In this document: piece by piece, positions 27,779-36,863 of the stretch
Numbering within the stretch: position 1 is the first letter of the stretch
Layout: every line of letters begins with the position of its first letter
DNA from: Candidatus Gottesmanbacteria bacterium
GTDB taxonomy: Bacteria > Patescibacteriota > Microgenomatia > UBA10105 > UBA927
Assembly (NCBI GenBank): GCA_023245355.1
Contig: JAHFKN010000003.1
Coordinates: forward strand, 57,368 to 121,367
DNA: 64,000 nucleotides
Direction: 5' to 3'
Translations under genes and position numbers: made by a program
The notes under the pieces: model-generated
The model's database searches: none
Told to the model about the DNA's origin: nothing
The model's input: the letters and a program-made list of their open reading frames with translations, nothing else

Positions 27779-28997
27779 GGCGGTAAGTATATCACGATTT
27801 TACGAAAAAATTGATCCGGCAAAGTATTTTTTCCGGGGCAGAAGTAGGGCTAATTAGCTTGACAAACATGGCCTTTTTATGTTATAGGATATGCTCCTGT
27901 CTATGAAAATTCAATATATCGCCGTTCCGCTGTCCTGCCGGCGAATCACGCGAGCCCTTAGCTGGGCTTCTTTGCGTTGGGTGCTTTGCGAGAGAATTCT
28001 TATTCTCGAGCTTAGCAGCCGAACGATCCCGCTGAAGCGCTCTTTGCGCCGTGTACGGATAGTACTGAAAAGGCGCAAAGCAAGCTTGTGCGGGAGGGTT
28101 GAGGGTAATTTTTGAGGTTGGTAAAGCTGGTTGAGGCTATTTGAGGCTGGCCCGCTGGGCGGGAGGACATGGAAAAACGTTGAAATATTAGGTTGATATT
28201 TGAGGCTAGGATTGTTGACTGGCTAGTTAACGATCCCGATCAGATCGGGAGAGTTTACGAGCCATCAATCCCGCTTCGCGGGACGGGAATTGAGATTCGA
28301 AGTTCGGGTAGCTAAGGAAAACATTGAAATAACAGGCTTGATGTTGAGGCTGGGATTGCGGGCTTTTGGACAGGGAGCCCGCAATTCTGGCCTAAATGAG
28401 GCTGGACCTTGCCCCTCCCTGTGAAGCAGGGCGAGGGTGAGGGTATTGTTCTGAGCTTAAGATGTGCCTGAGCAGCCTCCAATTGCGGAGGTATGTTTCC
28501 GGGTGTGTCTTTGAGCGCACATTAACAACTGAACGAAGGAAATAGATGAAGAGTTATAGATGAGTGGAGAGTGATTACGATTGAGTGAGCAACGCATGAT
28601 ACATGCTGCAATGCTGCTCATTTTTGGCAGGAAGTTTTTTACGTGCGTAGTTTCACAATAGAACTGAACAGAGGGAAGAATTGAAGCATTCTTTCTTGTG
28701 GTCAGTTCTATTGGGGAATTTAATGTAATGTAACAATTACCATCGATTGTTTTTTAATCGATATCGACTTTGGGGGAAATTTTAAGTCTAGTACTATCCC
28801 AACTCTGTATGTGTTTTTTTATAGACACTACAACCAAGTCACGCGGAATAAACACCGCAAACTCAAGATGTAATCCCGCAAGGGTCACATCTTAAACAAT
28901 TCCGTGTCAGCTCACGTTGGCATCGGAACTACCGCACAACCAATTCAGACAATCTTTACAGAACGTCTGTTGGAATCCAATTTATAGGAGCCAGATC
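27779..28997. other. 1.2-kb ORF-free, highly structured intergenic region (candidate origin of an integrated element and/or large ncRNA)
   Basis: No convincing ORF. Contains nested inverted repeats, hairpins cccgctgggcggg (28151..28163), cccgatcagatcggg (28235..28249), cccgcttcgcggg (28270..28282), gcgggc..gcccgc (28358..28382), and an AT-rich tract (about 28680..28870) with the palindromes aatcgatatcgatt and agaactgaac..ggtcagttct. Confidence 0.5.
28112..28403 (+). repeat. Iteron-like direct repeats: TTGAGGCT(R)G in six copies, plus a duplicated 45-nt segment
   Basis: TTGAGG(C/T)T at 28112, 28131, 28141, 28200, 28344 and 28397. The 45-nt units ggaaaaacgttgaaatattaggttgatatttgaggctaggattg (28171..28215) and ggaaaacattgaaataacaggcttgatgttgaggctgggattg (28316..28358) are about 80% identical. 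Confidence 0.55.
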
Positions 28998-29213
28998 ATG
29001 GCGAAGCAAGGTAAGAAAGGCAAGCAAGACGAGCAAGTTGTTGAAGTACCCGCCGAAGAGCACGTGGAAGGTGATAAACCGACCAGACGACCCAAAAAGG
29101 TCCCTGCTCAAGGCAAGCGTTTCCGCAGCGGTCCCAGAGAACATCGGGAAAGCCGGAGAAGCGGATTTCATCACTTGCTGAATGAAGGCGAGGAGGACGA
29201 ACAACTCTCGTAG
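28998..29213 (+). CDS. Small highly charged, probably disordered protein
   Basis: AGGAG SD 8 nt upstream of the ATG. 71 aa rich in K/E/R/Q. First gene of the GC-rich plus-strand block. Confidence 0.4.
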   Translation: MAKQGKKGKQDEQVVEVPAEEHVEGDKPTRRPKKVPAQGKRFRSGPREHRESRRSGFHHLLNEGEEDEQLS

Positions 29214-29234
29214 AGATACTTCATTTGCTTGTTA

Positions 29235-29262
29235 CCAGTCGGTCACTTATCGGTGACCGACT
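29235..29262 (+). terminator. Perfect 10-bp stem hairpin after the small charged-protein gene
   Basis: agtcggtcac-ttatc-ggtgaccgact followed by ttctcc. The T-run is weak, so it may be an attenuator or processing site. Confidence 0.3.
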
Positions 29263-29578
29263 TTCTCCTATTCCAGGCCGGTGAAATCACCGCGTCTGTT
29301 ACTTCCGGGACACTGACCGTGTACCCAAACCCATTCGGAATTCGTCCGGGTGGTCATGCCAAGAAAGGAGCGTGAGTTACAGAAGGTACCAAATCGTTTT
29401 TCTGATCGTGAAGTACGTTTAGAAAAGAAGTAGGTTGGATCTTAAGTATGTCTTTGTCATTCCGAAGCCTGGCTTTTGGCTGGGTCCTGGAAAAGTCGGA
29501 TGACGTTTGATTGACAGAACAGGTGAAGATTTGCTTCGACAATCAATTCGATTATGTACAAAAACAGGAGTGTGTATC

Positions 29579-29992
29579 ATGTCAGCAACTCGAAATGACC
29601 CGAAGAAAAAAGACGACAAGAAAGGTACGTCTCTGGCAAAATTGCTCGCAGGCAGTGAAGAGCCCGCGAAAAACGGTAATCACGACACTGGTAGCGGCGG
29701 CGGAAATCTCGTCGGCGCAATCGGCGCAGGGCTCGGTAAGTTTTTCGGCAATCTGCTTCCCGCAGGTTTTAAGAGCGCCAAACTCAAGGACACCGCTACG
29801 CAGGTTATCAAGACCCCGCTGGGCGGCAGTATCGTCGGCACCTATGTGTCCGAAATCGAAATTGAAGGCGCACCCGATATCATCAAGGCGATTGAAGAAG
29901 CCAAGGAAGCCACTGAGCAAGCGGCTATACTGGCTGACAAGGAAGTCGCCATGGCGAAAATCGAAGCCGGTAACGCAGACAAGGAGGAATAA
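29579..29992 (+). CDS. Hypothetical protein with glycine-zipper segment
   Basis: AGGAG SD. GNLVGAIGAGLGKFFGNLLPAG glycine zipper, acidic coiled-coil C-terminus. Confidence 0.45.
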   Translation: MSATRNDPKKKDDKKGTSLAKLLAGSEEPAKNGNHDTGSGGGNLVGAIGAGLGKFFGNLLPAGFKSAKLKDTATQVIKTPLGGSIVGTYVSEIEIEGAPDIIKAIEEAKEATEQAAILADKEVAMAKIEAGNADKEE

Positions 29993-29995
29993 ATA

Positions 29996-30751
29996 ATGAC
30001 CACCGAAACCACACAGCCGACGCGGCTGGATAAGATCCGTCCATTCATGGCATGGGTCGTCCTTCCCGCGATTCTGGCGATGGTGGCAGGAGTGTTCGTG
30101 AATTTCAAAGTGCCATGGCTCCGTCCCGGTGCCGTGGCCCTTTTGCTCCTGTCTGCCGTGCCGTTATGGCCCGTGATTACGGCTAAGCCCTCGAAAAAGG
30201 TTAACTGGGCTGGTTTCTTCTGGCTGGCTGTGCATGTCGTGCTGTTTGCGACTGCCGGTTATCTGGAATGGGACCATCTCAAGTGGCCCATCAGCCCGTG
30301 GCTTGGCTTTGGATCAATGGTTGTCATCTGGATTGGCGTCGTCGTCGCTATCTCGCAAATCAAAGTGCGAAGCGAAGGCGATTCACCGTCAGTCCGTCAT
30401 GTGACGCCAACCGTCTCTGATGGCGCTGTTAAGGTAACGAATAAGCTCGCCGCTAAACTCGGACTTCCCATCGGCAAAGAAGCCGAAGTCGATATGGGGA
30501 AATTTCTCCAACGTATGGAGATGGCGGCAGAGAACGAACGTCGGACACTCGACCTGGAAGAACGCAAGGAAGTACGCGCGATTCTTGAGTTTGGTCTCAA
30601 GCACCAGCTGATTGCCCCTGAGGAAATTAGTGCGCGAGTCCGGGCATTAGCAGGTATTACCAGTGTCGAAGAAGTTGTCGCTCCGCGTTCACCGCGCCGT
30701 CAACGCGATACCGGTTACGAAATTCCGCAACGATCGAAACGGAGGTTGTGA
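29996..30751 (+). CDS. Integral membrane protein (4 TM) with C-terminal coiled-coil/charged domain
   Basis: GGAGG SD. Overlaps the next gene by 4 nt (ATGA). Confidence 0.5.
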   Translation: MTTETTQPTRLDKIRPFMAWVVLPAILAMVAGVFVNFKVPWLRPGAVALLLLSAVPLWPVITAKPSKKVNWAGFFWLAVHVVLFATAGYLEWDHLKWPISPWLGFGSMVVIWIGVVVAISQIKVRSEGDSPSVRHVTPTVSDGAVKVTNKLAAKLGLPIGKEAEVDMGKFLQRMEMAAENERRTLDLEERKEVRAILEFGLKHQLIAPEEISARVRALAGITSVEEVVAPRSPRRQRDTGYEIPQRSKRRL

Positions 30752-31530
30752 TGGACAGTGGAACGATCACCACGATTGTGTTTGTCCTTTTGGGTTTGGG
30801 CGTGTTGGGCTTGGGACTTGCAATTCCGGGCAACTACAACGTTATCCGACCCAACGAGCGCGGTTTTACCTATGCGTTCGGTAAAGTAACGAGTCTCAGA
30901 GGCCCCGGCCCTACACTGACCTGGCCCTGGGAGAATCTGATTATCCGTCCCATCAACCAGCAAAAGGTTGATATTGAGTTGTCCCGCCTGACAACCGGCG
31001 CGCCTGATCCGATGGAGTTTGACCTGACCATGAGCGCGCTGATCCATGTCGCAGATGTGGAAAAGTCCGTCTTCGGGTTTCAGGGCAACTTCAAGCAGGC
31101 GCTGGACGATTTGGCACAAGGAGCGATGCAAGCCGCTTTGGTCCGTGTTGGTGGTAACGCACTGCTCGACAATACGCTCCCGCGTGTTCTTGAGCATGTA
31201 AGCGAAACCATCACCAAGCATGTGACTGAGAAATGGGGCATTGCCGTTGATGAGCTGGTTATTTCGGACATTGGACTGCCCCAAGTGCTCATTGACGCTA
31301 CTGCAATCCGTGCCAAGTCCAAGGCAGAAGCCGAGGCTCTTACGAACCTGTCCAAGGCAGAAGCCGAAAACTACGAGCGCGAACTCAAAGCGCAGGGACG
31401 TAACTATCGTTTCCATCAGCTCATGGACACCCTGGAGAAGATGGCCAAAGGCGGCGCATTCCGTGCTGTCGGCGACCTCAACTCCGTGCTGGGGATGGTT
31501 CTGGTGGATAACAAGGAGGATGCGGCATGA
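30748..31530 (+). CDS. SPFH/band-7 (stomatin/prohibitin/flotillin-like) domain protein
   Basis: N-terminal TM, then VIRPNERGFTYAFGKVTSLRGPGPTLTWPWENLIIRPINQQKVDIE typical of the SPFH fold. C-terminal coiled-coil (EAEALTNLSKAEAENYERELKAQ). Confidence 0.65.
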   Translation: MMDSGTITTIVFVLLGLGVLGLGLAIPGNYNVIRPNERGFTYAFGKVTSLRGPGPTLTWPWENLIIRPINQQKVDIELSRLTTGAPDPMEFDLTMSALIHVADVEKSVFGFQGNFKQALDDLAQGAMQAALVRVGGNALLDNTLPRVLEHVSETITKHVTEKWGIAVDELVISDIGLPQVLIDATAIRAKSKAEAEALTNLSKAEAENYERELKAQGRNYRFHQLMDTLEKMAKGGAFRAVGDLNSVLGMVLVDNKEDAA

Positions 31531-32057
31531 ACGCATGGTTTAACTATGCATTGGAACGGTTGTACGCCTGGCTTTTGCTGGCGCTTCAGCAGTTCCTGTC
31601 TCTCATCAGCATCTGCAAGAAATTGTGGTGGGGCGGGCTTATCTTAGCCGTCTACATCCTTATCGAGCAGGTGTTCGATGCGCCGGCGCTGTTTACTCTG
31701 ACAGCGGAAACGTACCAGTACCGAAAAGGCATTCTGACGCTTCTCATGTTGGCGTGGGTCTTGTTACTCACAAGCCATGTCCTCGTGCGTCAGGAATATG
31801 TCGTTGGTGACGAAGATAAGGCTATCGAGACGTTCAGTGGCAACGCGAATTGGATGAGCATTGTGTTCGCTCTCATCGCGACGCTGTTTTTCTGGATTCT
31901 CGGGACGCCGAAACTGACCCTCGTCATCCTCGGACCGTTACAGATCGTGCCTTTCTTTCTCGGAACTGACTACAAGGAGCAGGCTGACATGGAGTTGCCT
32001 CGGTTGATTAACCTCACCTTGGTCGCGCTGTCTGTCTGGATCGTTGCGTTCCAATAA
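31527..32057 (+). CDS. Integral membrane protein (4 TM)
   Basis: Translationally coupled (ATGA) to the SPFH gene. 176 aa. Confidence 0.5.
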   Translation: MNAWFNYALERLYAWLLLALQQFLSLISICKKLWWGGLILAVYILIEQVFDAPALFTLTAETYQYRKGILTLLMLAWVLLLTSHVLVRQEYVVGDEDKAIETFSGNANWMSIVFALIATLFFWILGTPKLTLVILGPLQIVPFFLGTDYKEQADMELPRLINLTLVALSVWIVAFQ

Positions 32058-32070
32058 AAAGGAGGATGAG

Positions 32071-32916
32071 ATGAAAATTCTCATCAAGTACGGTTGGATC
32101 ATCCTCCTTATGGGGGTGATATCTGCCTGCAGCACAGCGACTCCGATGAGTCCCGTGGAAGTGCAGATGACGAGCATGGCGGCTCAAGCACAGGCGTGTG
32201 CCACGCTTCAAGCGATCGGTACACCGTACCCTTGTAACCCGCCTACTGCGACTCTGCAACCCACGAGCACGCCGACACCGATGCCGTCACCGACTGCAAC
32301 CCCTTACACAGGGTGGAAACAGTTCACGGAAGATGGTTCGTATGTTGGTGATATGCCTCCCGGTTTCGAGCCGCCATGCGAAGGCGTCGTCGGGTGCCCC
32401 GGTAAGTTGTACATCCAGTATGTCAACGGGGTACCTGTTTCCGGTGATCAAGGCGGCACGACAGGCACACCTGGCTATTGGCCCTGGCTACTAGTTGGGA
32501 TCCCAGTCGCGCTCGCGTTTTTCCTGATTATCGGCATCGGCGTTCATGGCGCAACAGCACCGCAACGCGCGCTGGCTGAAAGCATCAAAATGACCGCAAA
32601 GGTTCAGGCAAAACTGCTCGAAATGTCCGGCTTGAAACAGCCCGCTTTACAAGCGCCAAAGGACGTACGGGCAGGTGACCTATGGGTTTACCTCCAGCGG
32701 TTCATTCAGGAATGTCATCCGGATCAGCGGTTTGAGACAACGATGCGGCATCACATGCGCGCATATCATCGTAAAGATGACTTGATCCCTCTGGAAACGA
32801 TGGCTGGTTGGGTACATGCGTTTGACCAAACCAACGAAACCAACGTGCTTGAGGCGTTCACAGCGTTTGCTGACCGGGCTGACTTCAATCATCAATTAGT
32901 AGAGAGGAGTTCGTGA
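32071..32916 (+). CDS. Lipoprotein with Thr/Pro-rich linker, a C-terminal TM segment and cytoplasmic tail
   Basis: AGGAGG SD, lipobox-like LMGVISAC, PTSTPTPMPSPTATP linker, a TM segment (LLVGIPVALAFFLIIGIGV). Start taken at the internal Met after the SD. Confidence 0.5.
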   Translation: MKILIKYGWIILLMGVISACSTATPMSPVEVQMTSMAAQAQACATLQAIGTPYPCNPPTATLQPTSTPTPMPSPTATPYTGWKQFTEDGSYVGDMPPGFEPPCEGVVGCPGKLYIQYVNGVPVSGDQGGTTGTPGYWPWLLVGIPVALAFFLIIGIGVHGATAPQRALAESIKMTAKVQAKLLEMSGLKQPALQAPKDVRAGDLWVYLQRFIQECHPDQRFETTMRHHMRAYHRKDDLIPLETMAGWVHAFDQTNETNVLEAFTAFADRADFNHQLVERSS

Positions 32917-33131
32917 TGGAAAAGATCGTGATCATTCTGATCATCGTCGGTGTGGTAATGCTTGCCGGCAGTAACATGGCGCAATCCGTTGCCATTGACC
33001 TGTCAGCCGGCCCCCATGCCGAAGGTGAAGCACAAGTGCTTGCGGCTCAGTCCGAAGGCATTCAGGCGCAGAACCAAACCGATCAGGCAGCAGCCGAGCA
33101 AGCGCTGACTGATAAGACTCAGGTCGACTAA
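32913..33131 (+). CDS. Small single-TM protein
   Basis: GGAG SD, 72 aa, overlaps the upstream stop. Confidence 0.4.
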   Translation: MMEKIVIILIIVGVVMLAGSNMAQSVAIDLSAGPHAEGEAQVLAAQSEGIQAQNQTDQAAAEQALTDKTQVD

Positions 33132-33176
33132 GCTACACAAGCCAGCCGTGTCTTCAAGTGGAAGGCGCTTCAGTGG

Positions 33177-33566
33177 GTGCTGGGTATCGTCGGTGGGTTC
33201 TCGTTGGCGCTCGTCCTCATCATGGTGGCAGTAAATGCCTCAGCGTTCATGGGTCTCATCAACTTCCGTATGGCGGTGATGCCCGTAGGCGTTCAACGAG
33301 GCGATGACATCATGTGGGTGTTGCCGCTCATGCCGAATATCGGGTTTCTGACGCATCAAGGCGCGCCGGGAGTCGTGACCAAGCTGACTGCTCATGATCA
33401 TCCTCGCCTCAGCGAGTCGCATGATTCTGTCGGTCTGGCAATGGCAAACGCACTTCGCGAAAAGGCACGCTCAGCGTCCTATGGACAGCAAGGCGACGGT
33501 GGTTTTGCCAATGCTATGCATACGCTCTCGGACGTACTCAATGGGCGACCCCGACTCGGTTCCTAG
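33177..33566 (+). CDS. Membrane protein, hypothetical
   Basis: 129 aa, 2-3 TM. Last gene of the GC-rich block. Confidence 0.4.
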   Translation: MLGIVGGFSLALVLIMVAVNASAFMGLINFRMAVMPVGVQRGDDIMWVLPLMPNIGFLTHQGAPGVVTKLTAHDHPRLSESHDSVGLAMANALREKARSASYGQQGDGGFANAMHTLSDVLNGRPRLGS

Positions 33567-34219
33567 GTGGTGCCACATGCGCCCCCTCAAAAAACCTTAT
33601 AAGCTGCCCAACAAGGACAGCCCTTCGTTCAGTAAAACAATCTATTCCGCTCAACGGCGGCCGTTTGTTTCCCTCATGGGAGCAGACGTCCGCCGACGCG
33701 GGAATCCTAGCCGATCAACCGGCACCATACCTTCGACCTGCGAAAGCGGGAAGAGAAGATTGGTGCCGGCAGGCTTGGGATGCATGGGAAAGAGAGGTGT
33801 GGCGTATCGCCACTTTATCAGCATCTGCTGAACTCTCTTTCCCGTCTCTTTCCGATTTTCAACCGTTGGTTGAAGACCGAAATGAGAGAATAAACACTAT
33901 TTGATTTCTGCCCTATGAAAGAAATGTTACAAACATTACATTCTGCTGCACTCATACGTATCGTTTCGCGGTACGGCGTTCTGGGAGAACAGGAAGCAGT
34001 CACGGTTACGAATTTGCCCAGACGGGGAGTGCGGTCTTCGGTGATCGGCAGAACGGATATCAGGACGGAGCCGACGCCTGATTTGCTCACTGGGTTATTT
34101 GTCGTTACCTCGAGATCAAGAGGTAAATATACGTTGCAAAATCAATCTACCGGCATAGAGTTATCAGGCGTGCCGCGAAAGAGTATACGGAAGATTCTGG
34201 ATTGGGAATAAGGCGGGCG

Positions 34220-34591
34220 TTATTTAATTTTAATTCCGAACCAGCCTGCAATCACTCCCAGTGCGCTTCGTGCAGCATGTTGTCTGTCTGTTTCACTCAT
34301 GTCGTCTCCCGGTGCGACCTGAATTTTTAACCGTTGTCTGTGAGTACGTTCTCCTTTGGGCTCATAAAAAGCTCCGGCTACAGCTTTGCCCCGTGTCACA
34401 AGCCCCATTTCCCCCTCACCGTCGTCAGCGAGCGCGTGTTTTAATTCATGGTGGGCGCCCCGTGCAGCTTCTTCATGCGGTACCCCGCGGGCTTTGGACA
34501 GACGGCCGACGTGCGCTGCTGCGCGCGCCTTGTCGCCTTTTGTTTTCAGGCTTTTATCTGTGGTTAATAAATACTCATCTTCTTCAATCAT
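34220..34591 (-). CDS. Small HExxH-motif protein (possible minimal zinc metallopeptidase-like, ImmA/IrrE-like motif)
   Basis: GAHHELKHALAD contains HELKH. 123 aa. The assignment is tentative. Confidence 0.35.
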   Translation of the reverse strand: MIEEDEYLLTTDKSLKTKGDKARAAAHVGRLSKARGVPHEEAARGAHHELKHALADDGEGEMGLVTRGKAVAGAFYEPKGERTHRQRLKIQVAPGDDMSETDRQHAARSALGVIAGWFGIKIK

Positions 34592-34662
34592 AAAAAAATT
34601 ATATCAAGAATCGCGCTTTTTTTACAGGTATTAGTGTTGCGGTGGTATAATTACAGGCTGTT

Positions 34663-34950
34663 ATGCCAATGAACCCGGAATTGAAAAAAGCCCTGTGGTG
34701 GATGGCACCCATTAACTTCGACGGAACATTCTGGGGTGCTACGTTCCGCTCGGTAGAAACGGTTGCCGCCGGTATCGGTTCGATATTGCTTCTCCACACG
34801 GTAGGAGCCGATTGCAGCGGTCCTATCGCCATAGGCACGCTTCTCATCATGGGAGGGCAATTTGCCGGAGTGCCCAGGCACAACCGGGAACACCGCTCAG
34901 CCTTACGTAAATTCTGGAGTATCCGGCCTGATCCGCCCGATGAAGATTAA
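34663..34950 (+). CDS. Small membrane protein
   Basis: Preceded by TTACAG-N18-TATAAT (34626..34655). 95 aa, 2 TM. Confidence 0.3.
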   Translation: MPMNPELKKALWWMAPINFDGTFWGATFRSVETVAAGIGSILLLHTVGADCSGPIAIGTLLIMGGQFAGVPRHNREHRSALRKFWSIRPDPPDED

Positions 34951-35269
34951 CGGAGAATGAGTATAGTTTTTGTTCAATCACAATCCCGCTTTCTGATGTT
35001 CGTTGCCGTACAAACCGGCATTTGATAGTATATGGTCGCGGTTTCGGGTTTCCTGGTTACCATAGCGCGGTAATTCTAGGGAACTTTTTTTGTACCTTAA
35101 CAAACGGGAGAATAAGCAGTTTGTAATTATTGAGAGTCCTATGGAGAGAACCATATGTAGGTTCTCTGTGTCGGTCTATCAACAATCAACACGTAAGGAG
35201 GCACTTCGGAAAATTATAGTAACCCACTATTTCTATTCATGTTTTTCATATAGACCCTTTGGAGGAGTC

Positions 35270-35530
35270 ATGACCAATCCACTGCTCGAAAAGTTTCGTA
35301 AATCCTTGAGTAAAATCAACTGGAAAAAACTCGGGACAATCGTCTTTTACAGCGCCTTTGGTCTTATGTGCGCTGGCATCTTGTTTCTGTTCGTCGGGCT
35401 GGTTATCGTCGGTCACCCGTCGGCACCTGAGTATGAAAATCCAATCAACGCGCTGATCACGTTGGGAATTTTCCTGGGCGCCGGGATAACCATTTACACC
35501 TTCCGGGGTGGGGGAGGAAAAAAGAGGTAA
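35270..35530 (+). CDS. Small 2-TM membrane protein
   Basis: Internal start MTNPLLEKF of ORF 35090..35530. Hydrophobic core, GGGGKKR tail. Confidence 0.3.
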   Translation: MTNPLLEKFRKSLSKINWKKLGTIVFYSAFGLMCAGILFLFVGLVIVGHPSAPEYENPINALITLGIFLGAGITIYTFRGGGGKKR

Positions 35531-35741
35531 AAGCCACCTCGCGTGGAGAACACAAGGGCAAGTCATCTTGCTTGCCCTTTCTTGTTTTATTTCTGCGTAT
35601 GCAGAAATGCAATGATATAGTTCCGACGCACGGTCTTTTGCGCTTTTTTGTTTCTTTTTTTGTCCTTTGCTGCTTGTTCTCCCGTTTTTCTTTTCCCCGG
35701 AAATACCCAATCCCGATAATTTGTTATAATGCCGATATTCT

Positions 35742-36611
35742 ATGGTAGAAGTATCACCAGAGCGTTTCAGGCTATTGGGTACCCCGCCGCAAAGAGTCAA
35801 AGAAATTCCGGTACACGAAGTATCCAAGCCTGCGGAAGTGGCAGTATCGCTGCGTCCTACCGTTGCCATGGACAAGCATTCCCCGGAGGCGATAAAGGCC
35901 AAAAAGATTGCAAAAAAACCGCTGCCTGCGCTTTGGGGCAACAGGGCAGAATTTTTGCCGGAAACAGCAGCATTTTTAAAAGGGTGCGGGATAGATCCTG
36001 ATTTGGTAAATCCCATTCCGTTGGGGGAAGGGCTTACGAATGTCGTGTTTTCCTACGCATCGCCGGACGGGAGCCAAAAGGTGATAAAAATCGCACGGCA
36101 GGCACGGAAGGGATTTATGAGTGCCGGTTACCATCACGATGCGGAAAATATCGCACTGGTCAAAAAGTTTTTCGGTTCGTATGCCGTGCCGACGGAGCTT
36201 CGGCAGGACCAGGCAACGGGCAAATATCTCATGTTGCAGGATGCAATCACCGGCACACCGGTGACGAACAAAACAGAATCAGCATCCGTCCGCGCGCAGC
36301 TTGTGGATCTGGCCCGCTTAAACCGGGAAATGATGCGGCAGACAGGATACAGCATGGATTTTATCGGAGTACCCGGCATGTTTACCTGGTTTCGGCATCA
36401 GTTCCGGCAGATCATTACCCGGAAAAGCGAGTTCCAATTATCAAACATCTTCATGGACCAGTCCGGCAATCTCAAAATCATCGATGAGGGGCTGCTCCGG
36501 TTCGGCAAAGGGTTATCGCTGAAGCAGCGGTTGGGTTCCTGGTCCGGCTTTTTGGCAAACCGTCTTATTATGCGCCTGTACTTCGGAGTCGATTTACGCC
36601 CCAAAGCGTAA
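35742..36611 (+). CDS. Kinase-like protein (APH/ChoK-like fold, tentative)
   Basis: NIFMDQSGNLKIIDEG resembles the catalytic loop/DFG region of phosphotransferase-fold kinases. Preferred over the overlapping antisense ORF 35246..36016. Confidence 0.35.
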   Translation: MVEVSPERFRLLGTPPQRVKEIPVHEVSKPAEVAVSLRPTVAMDKHSPEAIKAKKIAKKPLPALWGNRAEFLPETAAFLKGCGIDPDLVNPIPLGEGLTNVVFSYASPDGSQKVIKIARQARKGFMSAGYHHDAENIALVKKFFGSYAVPTELRQDQATGKYLMLQDAITGTPVTNKTESASVRAQLVDLARLNREMMRQTGYSMDFIGVPGMFTWFRHQFRQIITRKSEFQLSNIFMDQSGNLKIIDEGLLRFGKGLSLKQRLGSWSGFLANRLIMRLYFGVDLRPKA

Positions 36612-36863
36612 TTTGCTATAATCCTCTTCTATGGAAAATCAGATCAGCAAAAATATGGCCCGCAGAGCGTGGAATTTTTTGCGGGAAAGCGGGCAGATAT
36701 TGTTTGGTGTATCCAGATCAGGACATGCCGATACCGTAAGACACGTAAGCCCTGATATGGTCGAGTGCGGACAGCAAACGTATCCGGTTCGCAGTTTGCC
36801 GGGTCACGTACGGGAAATTCTTCGGGATTCGCGGGAACGGTTTTTGCAATACTGGCGCTGATA

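Noticed and set aside
27891-28115. 74-aa ORF inside the structured intergenic region
   Set aside because: No SD or coding-like composition. The region is dominated by hairpins and direct repeats, so it was treated as non-coding.
28112-28403. Possible CRISPR array (repeated TTGAGGCT)
   Set aside because: Repeat units are only 8-10 nt with highly irregular spacing, and there are no uniform spacers or cas genes. Interpreted instead as iteron/binding-site-like direct repeats.
35246-36016. 256-aa minus-strand ORF
   Set aside because: Overlaps two plus-strand ORFs with plausible membrane and kinase-like products. Low-complexity Ser/Gly/Lys composition. Judged spurious.
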